A stretch of DNA of 64,000 bases. It comes from an uncultured Actinomycetes bacterium. Its GTDB lineage: Bacteria; Actinomycetota; Thermoleophilia; Gaiellales; JAICJC01. The stretch lies in NCBI GenBank assembly GCA_963732075.1, contig CAVSYD010000003.1, forward strand, positions 906,518 to 970,517. The letters are read 5' to 3'. Each line of letters begins with the position of its first letter. The first letter of the stretch is position 1. Shown in pieces: positions 50,309 through 59,852 of this stretch. Under the pieces are notes generated by a model. The model ran no database searches. It had not been told where the DNA came from and saw nothing but the letters and a program-made list of their open reading frames with translations. The position numbers and the translations under genes were made by a program.

Positions 50309-50335
50309 CGGGCGTCTCCCGCTTCACCGCGCACG

Positions 50336-51970
50336 TCACGTAGGCCGAGGGGTTGTCGAACCTTGTTGGGTTGACCCTGTGCCGTTGGCCTCGACGGCAG
50401 CCACTCCATTCACAGATGCGCGCTCCGGGCCAGGGCTATAGCCATAGCTGCCATAGCCGTACCCGTCGCTTCCAGCGCCGACCCCGGCGAGCACGTACCC
50501 CAGCACCGGGCTACCGAGCGTGCAGAGGACGCGGTGAAGCTCCTGCAACGTGTCGCGCTCGGTGTTCTTGAGGTGGACGACCGGAATCACCCCACCTACA
50601 AGACGGCTCAGCGCGACCGAATCGACCACCGGGAGAAGCGGCGCGGAGTCGATGACGACAACGTCGGCTCGTGTGGAGAGTTCGCTCAGCAGATTACGCA
50701 GGCGGTCGCTCTCCATGAGTTCCGCGGGGTTCGGCGGCATCCCCCCAGCGGGGAGGAGGGTGAGCGTGCCCTGCGAGCCGCCCGGGGAACCGGGAATCGG
50801 GACGGGCACCAGGACGTCGTCGAGTGACACCGACCCGATCATCACGTCGGTGGCGCCTGGCGCGATCGGCACCTTGAAGAACGTGGACACGAACGGCCTT
50901 CGCAGGTCGAGGTCAAGCAGGATGACGCGTCTCTCGCTCAAGGCCAATGCGTAGGCGAGGTTGGCGCTGGTTGTCGACTTCCCCTCCTGCTCAACGGCGC
51001 TCGTCACCATCACGGTTCTCGCGTTAGCCTTGAGGTTGCTGAAGTCGAATCCGACCCTGAGCTTGCGATACGGTTCGGACTCGACGGCATCCCCATCGAT
51101 CATTGCGATGGTGTTGCCCGATCGAAGGGCCTTGGACGGGGCGGGGATTCGCGCGAGGAGCGGGATGCCGAGGGTGCGGCCAATCTCGCTCGTGGAGCGA
51201 ACCCGGGTGTCCAATGCCTCGCGGAGGAACGCTGCGATAACGCCGATGACGCACCCCAGAACGAAGCCCAGCAGCAGATTCTGGGGAACGTTCGGCTGTA
51301 CCTGATGCGCACCCGTTGCGGACGTCGAGACGGTGGTACCCGGATTGCTCTCCTGGGTCGCGATCAGGCTTTGGAGATTCGTGATCTTTCCAACCAGCTT
51401 GTTCAGCTGGGCGTTCACCGTTGACACCGACTGTCCGGCATTGTGGAGCTTGACGGCCTGCGCCTCGAGCCCGGCCTTCTCGTTCTGAAGCTTTCGAAGT
51501 GTGTTCGTCAGCCCGGCGGTGCCCACGGCGGTTTCGTATTTGACGAACGCCGCTGCGTACGCGTTGACGAGCGCCTCGGCGACCGCGGGTGACTTGCTTC
51601 GTACCGAGAATGTGAGGATGTTGTTGGTGGTGCTGGGCGTGATTGTCGTGACCCGTAGCGCGGTCACGCTGTCGACGCCCGGCAGGTGCGCGGCGGTCGC
51701 GGCGAGCGCCGCGACGGTGTCCGTATGGGCTACCTCGGCGAGATTCGCGACGATGCGCGCCTGCACATCGTTCGACTGCTGAGCGCCTGCGAGCTGCCCG
51801 ACCGAGGTGCTGACCAGCACCTGGGAGGACGCCTCGTAGACCTTGTGCTCACGAGTCGAGACGGCGAATGAGGCCGCGACGGACGCCAGAAGCACGACCA
51901 AGACGATCCACTTCCGCCGCCGGATGACCGCTAGATAATCGACCAGCGTCGCGTACCGCGGTGAACTCAT
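50336..51970 (-). CDS. polysaccharide co-polymerase / BY-kinase (Wzc-like: Wzz domain + CpsD-type tyrosine autokinase)
   Basis: - Two TM helices flank a coiled-coil periplasmic-type domain.
- Walker A-like block: SAVEQEGKSTTSANLA.
- Further kinase blocks: LLDLDLRRP and VVIDSAPLL.
- C-terminal Tyr cluster: DGYGYGSYGYS. Confidence 0.85.
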   Translation of the reverse strand: MSSPRYATLVDYLAVIRRRKWIVLVVLLASVAASFAVSTREHKVYEASSQVLVSTSVGQLAGAQQSNDVQARIVANLAEVAHTDTVAALAATAAHLPGVDSVTALRVTTITPSTTNNILTFSVRSKSPAVAEALVNAYAAAFVKYETAVGTAGLTNTLRKLQNEKAGLEAQAVKLHNAGQSVSTVNAQLNKLVGKITNLQSLIATQESNPGTTVSTSATGAHQVQPNVPQNLLLGFVLGCVIGVIAAFLREALDTRVRSTSEIGRTLGIPLLARIPAPSKALRSGNTIAMIDGDAVESEPYRKLRVGFDFSNLKANARTVMVTSAVEQEGKSTTSANLAYALALSERRVILLDLDLRRPFVSTFFKVPIAPGATDVMIGSVSLDDVLVPVPIPGSPGGSQGTLTLLPAGGMPPNPAELMESDRLRNLLSELSTRADVVVIDSAPLLPVVDSVALSRLVGGVIPVVHLKNTERDTLQELHRVLCTLGSPVLGYVLAGVGAGSDGYGYGSYGYSPGPERASVNGVAAVEANGTGSTQQGSTTPRPT

Positions 51971-52088
51971 CAGATATGCCTCTCTTGCCGTCTGGGACGA
52001 GTGCGCGGAGCGATTACCCCCAGGATGTTCCAGTGATACGTGCATGCGCGAGCATCGTCAAGGGCTGAAGAGCACGGCGGGTTTTTGC

Positions 52089-53975
52089 TCAGCGCGATCC
52101 TTCCCTTTCTGCGCGGCGTACCAGCCGGGAGTAGAGACGCAGTTCGCGCGACAGAGGGTTCAGAGTGGCGGCGGCGGTAAGAGCCCGTCCCTCGAGTCGC
52201 CCTTCAGAGGCCTGCGCAAGCCCGAACTGGAGCTTCCACTCGGCAGGGTCAACAGCCAACCCCCGTCGGAAAGCGTCACGAGCGTCCGCCTTGTGGCCCA
52301 TCCCGAGCGCCGCATAGCCCGCTGCGATCCACGGGTCGTATGACCATGGCATCCATCGGCGGGCCGATCTGGCCTCACTCGCCGCATTCGCCCAGTGACC
52401 CGCGTTGACATCGTGCTCGGCTGCTTCGAGGTGCTCCGCACCGATAGCGCCCATCGTGAGCGCCAGCGTTGCGGCGACGAGGAGCGCGCTCGCGATGAGC
52501 GTCACCGGCGCGCTTGTCTTCAGATCTCGTTGCTCGGCGCCGCGGTTCGCTACCACCAGACAGGCGGCCATCCCGACGCCGAGCAGTCCCACCGCCGGCA
52601 GTTGCCAATCCCAGTCGACGCCGGTGTGCACGACGAACATTGCAAACGCCGCAAGGCACGCCGGCACGAAAGGGCGCCTGCGCGCTGCGATCCCTTGTGC
52701 CCCCGCGAATCCGAACGCGAGGAGCAGGAGCGCCAGTCCCACAACCCCCGTCTCGGCGGCGGTTTCAAGATATGCGGAGTGCGCGAAGTCGCCCTCGAGT
52801 CCCGTGGTGCGGTGCAAGAGCCAGACTCTCGCGAATCCTCCGGCTCCGATGCCAACCACGGGGTGTGACGCAAACTCAGATGCTGCTAGTCGCCAGAGTT
52901 CAGGTCGGGCTTCGAGTGTGGTCGCCAGCAGCCTTCCCGGCTTTCCCGGCGCGCTGCCGGCGCCGCTTGCCGATAGCGTGAGCAGACAGATCGCACCGAC
53001 AGTTGCCATTGCGGCGACCGCGACGACCACTCGTCGCAAGACTTGGTCGGATCCACGCCATGAACGCGAGATCACCAGCGCGAACGGATTGAGGCAGAAA
53101 CGGATCAGAATCACAGCGAACGCGCACCCGAAGACCAGCGCGACCGACACGACGATCGCGGCGTGATGTGACCGCGAGTCGAGGGTGGTCGCGGTCAGAT
53201 GAGGATCCAGGATCGCTGCAACGACCGGAACCATCGCCGCCAGGGCACACAGCACAGCCGCCACGAGCACGCGGACACATTTGCGGTGTGCCACCGCGGC
53301 GACCGCCACGCCCAGAACCGTCACGGCGATCCCGCCTCGGCTCAGAGTGAGATACAACGCCAGTCCGAGAACGGGGGCGCTCGCGGCCGCGGCGATGCGC
53401 ACGCCGGGCCTCGACCCATCCAAAATGATGCCGATTGCGAGAATCAGTCCGATCCCCGCGATCATCGCCAGCCCGTTCCAATACCCGACGGGGGCGAAAA
53501 GGCGACCGGCGACCCCTGCCGTCTGGGCATATGAGCTGCCGGGTAGGAGGCGCACCCCAACTCCGAACGCTGCCACCGCCACGCAGCCCACCCAGGCCGC
53601 GCCAGCAAGGAACGCGACGGAGCGCCCTCTCGATCCGGCGATGACTGCCAGAGAGAGCAGTCCGTAGGTGCCGACACGGGCGGAATCCGGCACAGTCGCC
53701 GTCGCATCGGCCGACCACGAGAGTGAGGCGAACCCCCAGGCGGAGAGCCCTAGGAGCGCGAGCGGCAAAATGAGTGGACGGCCCCGCAAGCGCGCGGGGG
53801 CCTGCACGACGCCCCCGACCGAAACCACCGCGAGCGCAGCGCCGGCTAGCTCGTACGTGCTCGGCGCAACGCCTCCATTCTGGAAGGCGAGCAGAATGAA
53901 GCCTACGCCAAGTGCCGCTGGAAGCAGCAAATCTCGGTGGTATATCGAGAAAGATCTGCTGTATCGCGGTACCAT
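52089..53975 (-). CDS. O-antigen ligase-family (Wzy_C) membrane protein with C-terminal TPR-like domain
   Basis: Intact 628-aa polytopic ORF. Blocks are YLTLSRGGIAVTVLG and AHSAYLETAAETGVVG. The soluble tail carries TPR-like repeats (GYAALGMGHKADARDAFRRGLAVDP). Confidence 0.7.
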   Translation of the reverse strand: MVPRYSRSFSIYHRDLLLPAALGVGFILLAFQNGGVAPSTYELAGAALAVVSVGGVVQAPARLRGRPLILPLALLGLSAWGFASLSWSADATATVPDSARVGTYGLLSLAVIAGSRGRSVAFLAGAAWVGCVAVAAFGVGVRLLPGSSYAQTAGVAGRLFAPVGYWNGLAMIAGIGLILAIGIILDGSRPGVRIAAAASAPVLGLALYLTLSRGGIAVTVLGVAVAAVAHRKCVRVLVAAVLCALAAMVPVVAAILDPHLTATTLDSRSHHAAIVVSVALVFGCAFAVILIRFCLNPFALVISRSWRGSDQVLRRVVVAVAAMATVGAICLLTLSASGAGSAPGKPGRLLATTLEARPELWRLAASEFASHPVVGIGAGGFARVWLLHRTTGLEGDFAHSAYLETAAETGVVGLALLLLAFGFAGAQGIAARRRPFVPACLAAFAMFVVHTGVDWDWQLPAVGLLGVGMAACLVVANRGAEQRDLKTSAPVTLIASALLVAATLALTMGAIGAEHLEAAEHDVNAGHWANAASEARSARRWMPWSYDPWIAAGYAALGMGHKADARDAFRRGLAVDPAEWKLQFGLAQASEGRLEGRALTAAATLNPLSRELRLYSRLVRRAEREGSR

Positions 53976-54271
53976 TCAACCATGAAGGCTAGCCGACCTG
54001 GCAAACTCCGGAGTCTCCACGAACTCCGCGGGGTGATTGCGGCCATGGCGTTGCTTGCCGGCCTACTCGCCCTCGTTGCGGTCTCGGGCTCGCTTTCCGT
54101 TGTGCGTCCGACGCACCTGATTGCCACTCCAACCGACCTGGTGTCGCCAACATCAGCGTGGCCGACTCAACAACAGTCGCTCGTGATCCGCCGGGCCTGC
54201 CTCGGTCGCCCTCACACGGAGCCCGATTGGTGTCCGGCTACCAGGCGGCCGAGCGGACGGTGAGTGTCGCA

Positions 54272-55057
54272 ATGGCCCGGGGTCGGCGGCTCCGGTGGCG
54301 TGCGAGTTCCCACCTCGCACACAGCCATCTGTTCCTGGCGGCGAACCGCCTTGATCGCAATCGCGCAGTCGTCGATAGGCGGACAGAACTCGTCATCGAG
54401 GGCTTCCCTCGGTCGGCCAACACCTTCGCGGCCGTCGCGTTTCAGGTGGCGCAGCCGCGACCGATTCGGCTCGCCCACCACCTCCACGCACAGAGTCAGG
54501 TCACGTGGGCGCTCAAGGCGGGCATACCAACGTTGGTGGTCATCCGGGAGCCGTCCGAGGCAGCAGCGTCCGTCGTCACTCGGTCCCCCTATCTGACCCT
54601 CTCAGATGTGCTGGGCGGATACGCGCGCTTCTACGAGTCCCTCATGCCCCACCGTGACGCGTGCGTGATCGGACGATTCGACCTTGTGACGACTGACTTC
54701 GGCGGCGTGATCCGCGATCTCAACGCTCGCGCCGGCACACACTTCGAGCCCTTTGAACACAACGAGGCGAATGCCGCCGCGGTCTACGGGCTGATCGATC
54801 TGCGGACGAGCCAGCCGACCCTGGCGGGAGCCGTCGACCGCTTCACCTCCGGCGCGATTAGCCTACAGGACCTCGACGCGCTTCGGCGTGAGGCCGGCCC
54901 AAGCGCTTCCCCCGTCCCCGAGCACAGAGTTGCGCGACCATCCGCTCTGCGGGCTGACAAGCTTGGCGCTTTGGCAGAGCGGATTCGAAGCCGCGAGCTC
55001 GCACCCCAGTATGGTCGGGCCGAGGCCGCGTTCAGTGCGTTCGCCGGCCTGTCGTAG
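54272..55057 (+). CDS. hypothetical protein, possibly sulfotransferase-like
   Basis: This is the only plus-strand gene inside the glycan locus. Its loop ELVIEGFPRSANTF resembles a PAPS 5'-phosphosulfate-binding loop. The assignment is weak and the start is uncertain (ORF 54158..55057). Confidence 0.35.
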   Translation: MARGRRLRWRASSHLAHSHLFLAANRLDRNRAVVDRRTELVIEGFPRSANTFAAVAFQVAQPRPIRLAHHLHAQSQVTWALKAGIPTLVVIREPSEAAASVVTRSPYLTLSDVLGGYARFYESLMPHRDACVIGRFDLVTTDFGGVIRDLNARAGTHFEPFEHNEANAAAVYGLIDLRTSQPTLAGAVDRFTSGAISLQDLDALRREAGPSASPVPEHRVARPSALRADKLGALAERIRSRELAPQYGRAEAAFSAFAGLS

Positions 55058-55084
55058 GAGTCCAGGCAACCGCCTTCGGCGGCG

Positions 55085-56608
55085 CTACTCCGCGCCGGAG
55101 GATCCGGCGTAGGCGGCACGCCCAATCTGCCCTCGCTGGGGCAGTGCCCCGGCGATAGCCAAGCCAGCCACGAGGACAAGTCCGGCGACGGCCGAAACCA
55201 CGACGATCTCGGCGGCGGGGGTGTAGCTGGACGTCAGGATGGCCATTATGCCCGCGGTAACCCCGAAGGCCACCATCACCAAGGACACCTTCCCGGTTGC
55301 ACGGTCGAACGGTTGGATGCGGAGGTTCTTCCACACCTGCAGAAGGCGCAGTCCGTTGCTCAGGACCACGGCCAAGGCCCACGCTGCCCCCGCACCCACC
55401 ATTCCGTATTCCGGAATCAGAACGATGTTCAACGCGACGTTCACGACGACCACGAGTGCATTGATCCGGAAGGTCACGTCCGCACGGCCGATCATGGTGA
55501 TGACGTATCCACACGGCCCCGTGGCCGCATTGACCAACTGGGCAGCGGCAAGCATGGCGAGTGGGACTGCCGCCCGCGCATAGCTTTGTCCGTAGAAGAG
55601 CGTCAGGATCGGGGATGCGAGCAGGGCCACCAGGAGCAGAGGTGGAACGCCGAAGATGACGGCCAACCGGGTCGCGAAGGAGTACATCTTCCCGAGCTGG
55701 GCGATGTCCCCGGTCGTGTGCAAACGGCCGATCACCGGTTGGAAGGCAATGGCTACAGGCAGAACGAAGACCAGGCCGAGGGCGACCGTCCGGGTGGCGA
55801 CCGAATAGGCCGCGACGTCTTGGGGTGGACGCCAAAGACCGAGGAGCAGTGTGTCTGCCCAGAGAGTGCCCGCACCCGCAAGGACCGTCCCCCACTGAAA
55901 TGCCGAGAAGCGTACCAACGCACGCTTGTCGAGTGCCGCCGAGGTGGCATCCGCGGTGAGGAAACGCCGGGTGACGAACGCCGCTGCGCAGAGCGTGACC
56001 ACGCTCGTCGCGGTCGACGCCAGTGCAGCCCCTGCCGCACTCGCGCCCATGAGCAGGACGAGCCACACAAGTCCGAGACGGAGTGTCCCATCCAGTATCT
56101 GATCGACGTAGACATACGATCGCATCCGCCCGGTGCCACGGCTCGCTCCGATCAGCACAGATTCGACCACAATGAACGGCAGGCCGACCGCCATCACCCG
56201 CAACACGTCAGCCAGAGCAGGAGCACCGAACCATCCCGCGACCCACTGTGCTCCGAGTATCGTCGCGATCGCGACTGCCGTCGATGCCAGACCCGAGAGC
56301 TTCACCGAATATCGGATCGAGGACGCGGCCGCCGCGCGATCGCCGGCGGCGAGATGCATGGCTACGTAACGGACCGCCGTTACATCCAGACCCAGGGTGG
56401 CGACCACCGAAAGCAACTTGATCGCGGCGAATCCTTCGAAGAACACACCCGCTTGCCTCTGAGGCAGCCAGTGAGCGAGCGCGAGCACGAGGCAAAACTG
56501 TGTCAGGCTCGAAACGCCGAGGCCGGCGAAGTTGAACATGGATCTGTGGGCGAGAACGCGCTTCTCCGCCGCCAGTTCAGCGGGTGCGGCGCTACCAGGA
56601 CTGGTCAT
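55085..56608 (-). CDS. Wzx-type oligosaccharide flippase (MOP/polysaccharide biosynthesis protein family)
   Basis: Start taken at MTSPGSAAP. About 12-14 TM helices. The N-terminus FNFAGLGVSSLTQFCLVLALAHWL is typical of this family. The start overlaps the upstream sulfotransferase stop by 17 nt. Confidence 0.75.
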   Translation of the reverse strand: MTSPGSAAPAELAAEKRVLAHRSMFNFAGLGVSSLTQFCLVLALAHWLPQRQAGVFFEGFAAIKLLSVVATLGLDVTAVRYVAMHLAAGDRAAAASSIRYSVKLSGLASTAVAIATILGAQWVAGWFGAPALADVLRVMAVGLPFIVVESVLIGASRGTGRMRSYVYVDQILDGTLRLGLVWLVLLMGASAAGAALASTATSVVTLCAAAFVTRRFLTADATSAALDKRALVRFSAFQWGTVLAGAGTLWADTLLLGLWRPPQDVAAYSVATRTVALGLVFVLPVAIAFQPVIGRLHTTGDIAQLGKMYSFATRLAVIFGVPPLLLVALLASPILTLFYGQSYARAAVPLAMLAAAQLVNAATGPCGYVITMIGRADVTFRINALVVVVNVALNIVLIPEYGMVGAGAAWALAVVLSNGLRLLQVWKNLRIQPFDRATGKVSLVMVAFGVTAGIMAILTSSYTPAAEIVVVSAVAGLVLVAGLAIAGALPQRGQIGRAAYAGSSGAE

Positions 56609-57467
56609 GTTCGTATCCCATGTCGACAAGCAGTTGACCGCCAAGGCGTTTGAAAAGGTCGGTGAGTGCCGGGGTGAAGTAGTCGCGCCAGCCGCCCGAT
56701 ACGCCGCGTCGGAAGGTTGTGCTCGATGGTGTCCAAACCGCATCGGCGACGCGTTCCGCGCCGGCTCGGTCGAGCGGTCGATCCACGAATGCTGCAATCT
56801 GGGAGACGGTGTCGATCTGGATCTCCCGGTCGCCTCCACCCCTCACTCCGATCAGGTCCTCGAAGCGCACAACCCTGACGCCGGGGGCCGCCCCCCACGG
56901 CAGAAACGCTCCCACCCGCTGGTCAAGTGACAGCAACTCGGGGGAATCTTCTGTCGCGGGCAATCCCGTGATCGACGCGCGGATTCTATCCTCATCCGAG
57001 CCGAGCGCGCGGAAGCGCTGATGGAGATGGTGTTCCTTGAGCTTGCTGGCGTAGAACGCGAAGGACACCGCGACGTCCCGAGGGTCGCGGACAAGGAGCA
57101 TCATGCGGAATTCGAGATCGCCGAAGGCCGACTCGAAGCCGGGCCACGCGGGGATGTGGGCGGTCGCGTACTGCCCGTTTCTGACGCGGTCCATGTGGGC
57201 CCGAGCGATGCGCAAAGCGTCTGCGGACTCGTCCGCCGTGAGCGGGGCCCCGCTCACGTGATGCAGCGTCTCCGGCTGGACGTGCACGCCAGCGTATGCC
57301 ATTTTGGGCAGCCGCGAGAGGACGCCCACCGCGAGGTGCGTGCCGGCCTTGGGTACGCTGTTCACGATGACCCGAGGAGCGGGTCGCCACCTGACCACCG
57401 ACCCCATCCATGTGGCGTACGCCACCCTGGACACAGAACGCGTCGTGACCCTCATGCCGCCGATCAA
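56592..57467 (-). CDS. sulfotransferase-domain protein (Sulfotransfer_1-like)
   Basis: Intact 291-aa ORF. Blocks are VNSVPKAGTHL (5'-PSB), LLVRDPRDVAVSFAFY (3'-PB) and FRRGVSGGWRDYFT. The start overlaps the GT4 stop (ATGA). Confidence 0.8.
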   Translation of the reverse strand: MIGGMRVTTRSVSRVAYATWMGSVVRWRPAPRVIVNSVPKAGTHLAVGVLSRLPKMAYAGVHVQPETLHHVSGAPLTADESADALRIARAHMDRVRNGQYATAHIPAWPGFESAFGDLEFRMMLLVRDPRDVAVSFAFYASKLKEHHLHQRFRALGSDEDRIRASITGLPATEDSPELLSLDQRVGAFLPWGAAPGVRVVRFEDLIGVRGGGDREIQIDTVSQIAAFVDRPLDRAGAERVADAVWTPSSTTFRRGVSGGWRDYFTPALTDLFKRLGGQLLVDMGYEHDQSW

Positions 57468-58672
57468 GCCGCGGATCCTCTGGCCGGTTTGCGCCGTTGG
57501 GTGGCATCGCTGCCTCGTTGCATTGCTTCAGCGTACACCGACTCGATTTGGTCGACATGATGACCCAGCGAGAGTTCGTTGGCGGTGCTCCCCCACCCGG
57601 CCGCGGAGAGGGTTGCCCATGTATCGTCGTCGTCGAGTAGCAGTCGGGTTGCCGCCACCATGCTCCGCAAGTCGGGCAAGACCAGCCGACCGCCACCCGC
57701 CACCCGCACATAATCGGCCAGTCCGCCCACATCGAACGCAACCACCGGTGTGCCGACTGCGAAGGCCTCAAGGGCGACCAACCCCGCGGGCTCGGGCCAC
57801 ACCGAAGGGATCACCGTGGCCACCGCTCGTGACAAGACTTCCTTCACTGTCTCCGGAGCAACCCACCCGTAGACCTCCAGGTTCGGCACCGACCGGGCTT
57901 CGGAGTCGAGCCATCCACGCAACTCACCATCGCCGAAGACGCTCACCCGGACATCGGGCAGAGCCCGTGCGAGGTCGGGAAGCACCCGCGCGCCCTTCGC
58001 CTCCGTGAGTCGCCCGACAAAGACGATCCCACCCCGCTCCTCACGGGGGGGCGCGGCTTGCTGGGTGACTCCGTGCCGGACGACCTCAGCGTCGATCCCA
58101 AAGCCCGAGTACGTGCCGGCGATCGCAGCGGAGATCGCGATCCATGAATCGACTCGTGGAATGTGGGCATGACGCTTCACCTGAAAGAGCGCCGTGTTAA
58201 GAGCCCGAAAGGCGACGTCGCTGTCGAGGCGATCGACGGCGCCGCCTGACGCATCCGTCGGGCTCGCCGACACAAATTCATAGTCATGAATGGTTTGCAC
58301 GACGGGAATGTGTCTCCTTCCGGCCATCACGGCGGGCGCGACGGAGAGCTGGGGGTAGAGCTTGTTCAGATGTACGATGTCCGGTCGAAATGATGCGCAC
58401 AAAACGGAGAGCGAGCGAGCGGCCGAGCGGTTCCAAAACGCCTCGCACACCACTCGAGCCCTGGTGTCGAACGCAAGGTTGCCACGCGTGGCGTGACTGA
58501 CCCGCAGCGGGATGAACTGGCCAGATGTCTCGAGGTTCTCTGCGTGGTCGGTCGACAGCCACTGAACATCATGACCGCGGCTTCTCAGGCCGCGGGTGAG
58601 TTCAAGGCAGTATCGATCGGCGCCGCCGGTCACGCGTGCGAACTTATTGACGATCAGGATGCGCATGTACAA
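57464..58672 (-). CDS. glycosyltransferase family 4 (GT-B, group 1)
   Basis: Intact 402-aa ORF. N-terminus is RILIVNKFARVTGGADRY. The C-terminal block is PSVWPEPAGLVALEAFAVGTPVVAFDVGGL. Confidence 0.85.
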   Translation of the reverse strand: MYMRILIVNKFARVTGGADRYCLELTRGLRSRGHDVQWLSTDHAENLETSGQFIPLRVSHATRGNLAFDTRARVVCEAFWNRSAARSLSVLCASFRPDIVHLNKLYPQLSVAPAVMAGRRHIPVVQTIHDYEFVSASPTDASGGAVDRLDSDVAFRALNTALFQVKRHAHIPRVDSWIAISAAIAGTYSGFGIDAEVVRHGVTQQAAPPREERGGIVFVGRLTEAKGARVLPDLARALPDVRVSVFGDGELRGWLDSEARSVPNLEVYGWVAPETVKEVLSRAVATVIPSVWPEPAGLVALEAFAVGTPVVAFDVGGLADYVRVAGGGRLVLPDLRSMVAATRLLLDDDDTWATLSAAGWGSTANELSLGHHVDQIESVYAEAMQRGSDATQRRKPARGSAA

Positions 58673-58779
58673 CCGGCAAATCGATCGGGGCCGCCGCAGA
58701 TGTGCACCCTCTCAAGGGTTAGTCGCCGACACATTGATCCTGCCCACGTTGTCGAGTCCGCCTGAACTCCGTCGGCTCA

Positions 58780-59793
58780 TCAAGTAGAACCGCCATTCCT
58801 GCAACCGTCAAGGCTCGGCTCACGGGCGCTTGCATCACCGACCAGCCGCCGAGATGTCGACCGGAGCGCGGAGAGAACTGATGGTGTCGAGAGGCGGAAG
58901 TCGAACCCCGCCGGGGAAACTGCGTCGTTATACACCCACGCTCGAATCCTGGGATGCTGCTCGATCCACCGCGCTGCGGAGACCAGCCACCAGCGCTGGC
59001 GCATCGCGTCGCCGGGATCGATCGTGGATCCGCTCTCCGACACCATAAGCCGCTTGTGCGTCGTCACTCCCCACGTGTAGAACGGCGTGAAGATCTGCCG
59101 AAACCCATCCCACCTCGTATCCGGGTATCGGTTGTACCCGTCTGCGGCGACCCATTGCACATAGCGGCCTCCAGGGTAGAACGTCTGTGCTCTGCCGGTG
59201 GCGAATCCTGCGGCGGTGGCAGACCACACAAACTGCGCGTTGGTTGCGTGCTCCGCATGAAAGATCCCGACAATCCTACGCCAGGCGAGTTTGAACTCGT
59301 GCGGCGTCCCGATGTAGTGGCTGCCCGGCACGCCGAGCTTCTGGTTCATCTCGAAGCCGAACCGGATAAAAACCGGCTTGTGCAGCGACCTCACGCCGAG
59401 TGCCACCGACCGGATCACGCCATCCTCGAGTCCGCTGGCGATCGCACGCGCGGTTGTAGTGCCGACCGCCGACCATGAGATCATGGGTATACGGCCCGCC
59501 TCGACATCCTTTCGCTCCTCAACCAGTGGAATCCGATCCCAGGCGCGGTAGTGCGGGTCTATCGAAAGTGTGCATCCAAGCCGTCGATCCAAATTCTCGA
59601 AAAAGGCGAGTTGGCCACCGCCGTTCGGGGCCGGCACCCACGCACCCATCAGGATGCCCGAACCGAAACGCGGTAGTGGAGCCGTGACCGGACTTTGGCT
59701 CGAGCCACACGCGGTGACGGAGCCGATCATCGCTGTCGTGTAGATGAGGATGAAGCACCTTCGCCCGTGTGACAGCGCCGCCGGACGATGCAC
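58780..59793 (-). CDS. glycoside hydrolase family 26-like lipoprotein
   Basis: Start chosen at a GTG that gives VHRPAALSHGRRCFILIYTTAMIGSVTAC (lipobox). It has an acid/base-like block (VFIRFGFEMNQ) and a nucleophile-like block (RLMVSESGS). The upstream part of ORF 58780..60132 is read-through. Confidence 0.5.
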   Translation of the reverse strand: MHRPAALSHGRRCFILIYTTAMIGSVTACGSSQSPVTAPLPRFGSGILMGAWVPAPNGGGQLAFFENLDRRLGCTLSIDPHYRAWDRIPLVEERKDVEAGRIPMISWSAVGTTTARAIASGLEDGVIRSVALGVRSLHKPVFIRFGFEMNQKLGVPGSHYIGTPHEFKLAWRRIVGIFHAEHATNAQFVWSATAAGFATGRAQTFYPGGRYVQWVAADGYNRYPDTRWDGFRQIFTPFYTWGVTTHKRLMVSESGSTIDPGDAMRQRWWLVSAARWIEQHPRIRAWVYNDAVSPAGFDFRLSTPSVLSALRSTSRRLVGDASAREPSLDGCRNGGST

Positions 59794-59852
59794 GGCCGCC
59801 AACAACTTCCCGGCGGAGCGTCGAGACCATCTCTCCTCCTCGAATGCGGCGG

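Noticed and set aside
53982-54263. Possible 94-aa single-TM ORF (MKASRPGKLRSLHELRGVIAAMALLAGLLALVAVSG) upstream of the 54272 gene
   Set aside because: There is no SD. The start would sit 6 nt from the divergent ligase start. It could equally be the frameshifted N-terminal anchor of the downstream gene or promoter DNA. Unresolved, so not called.
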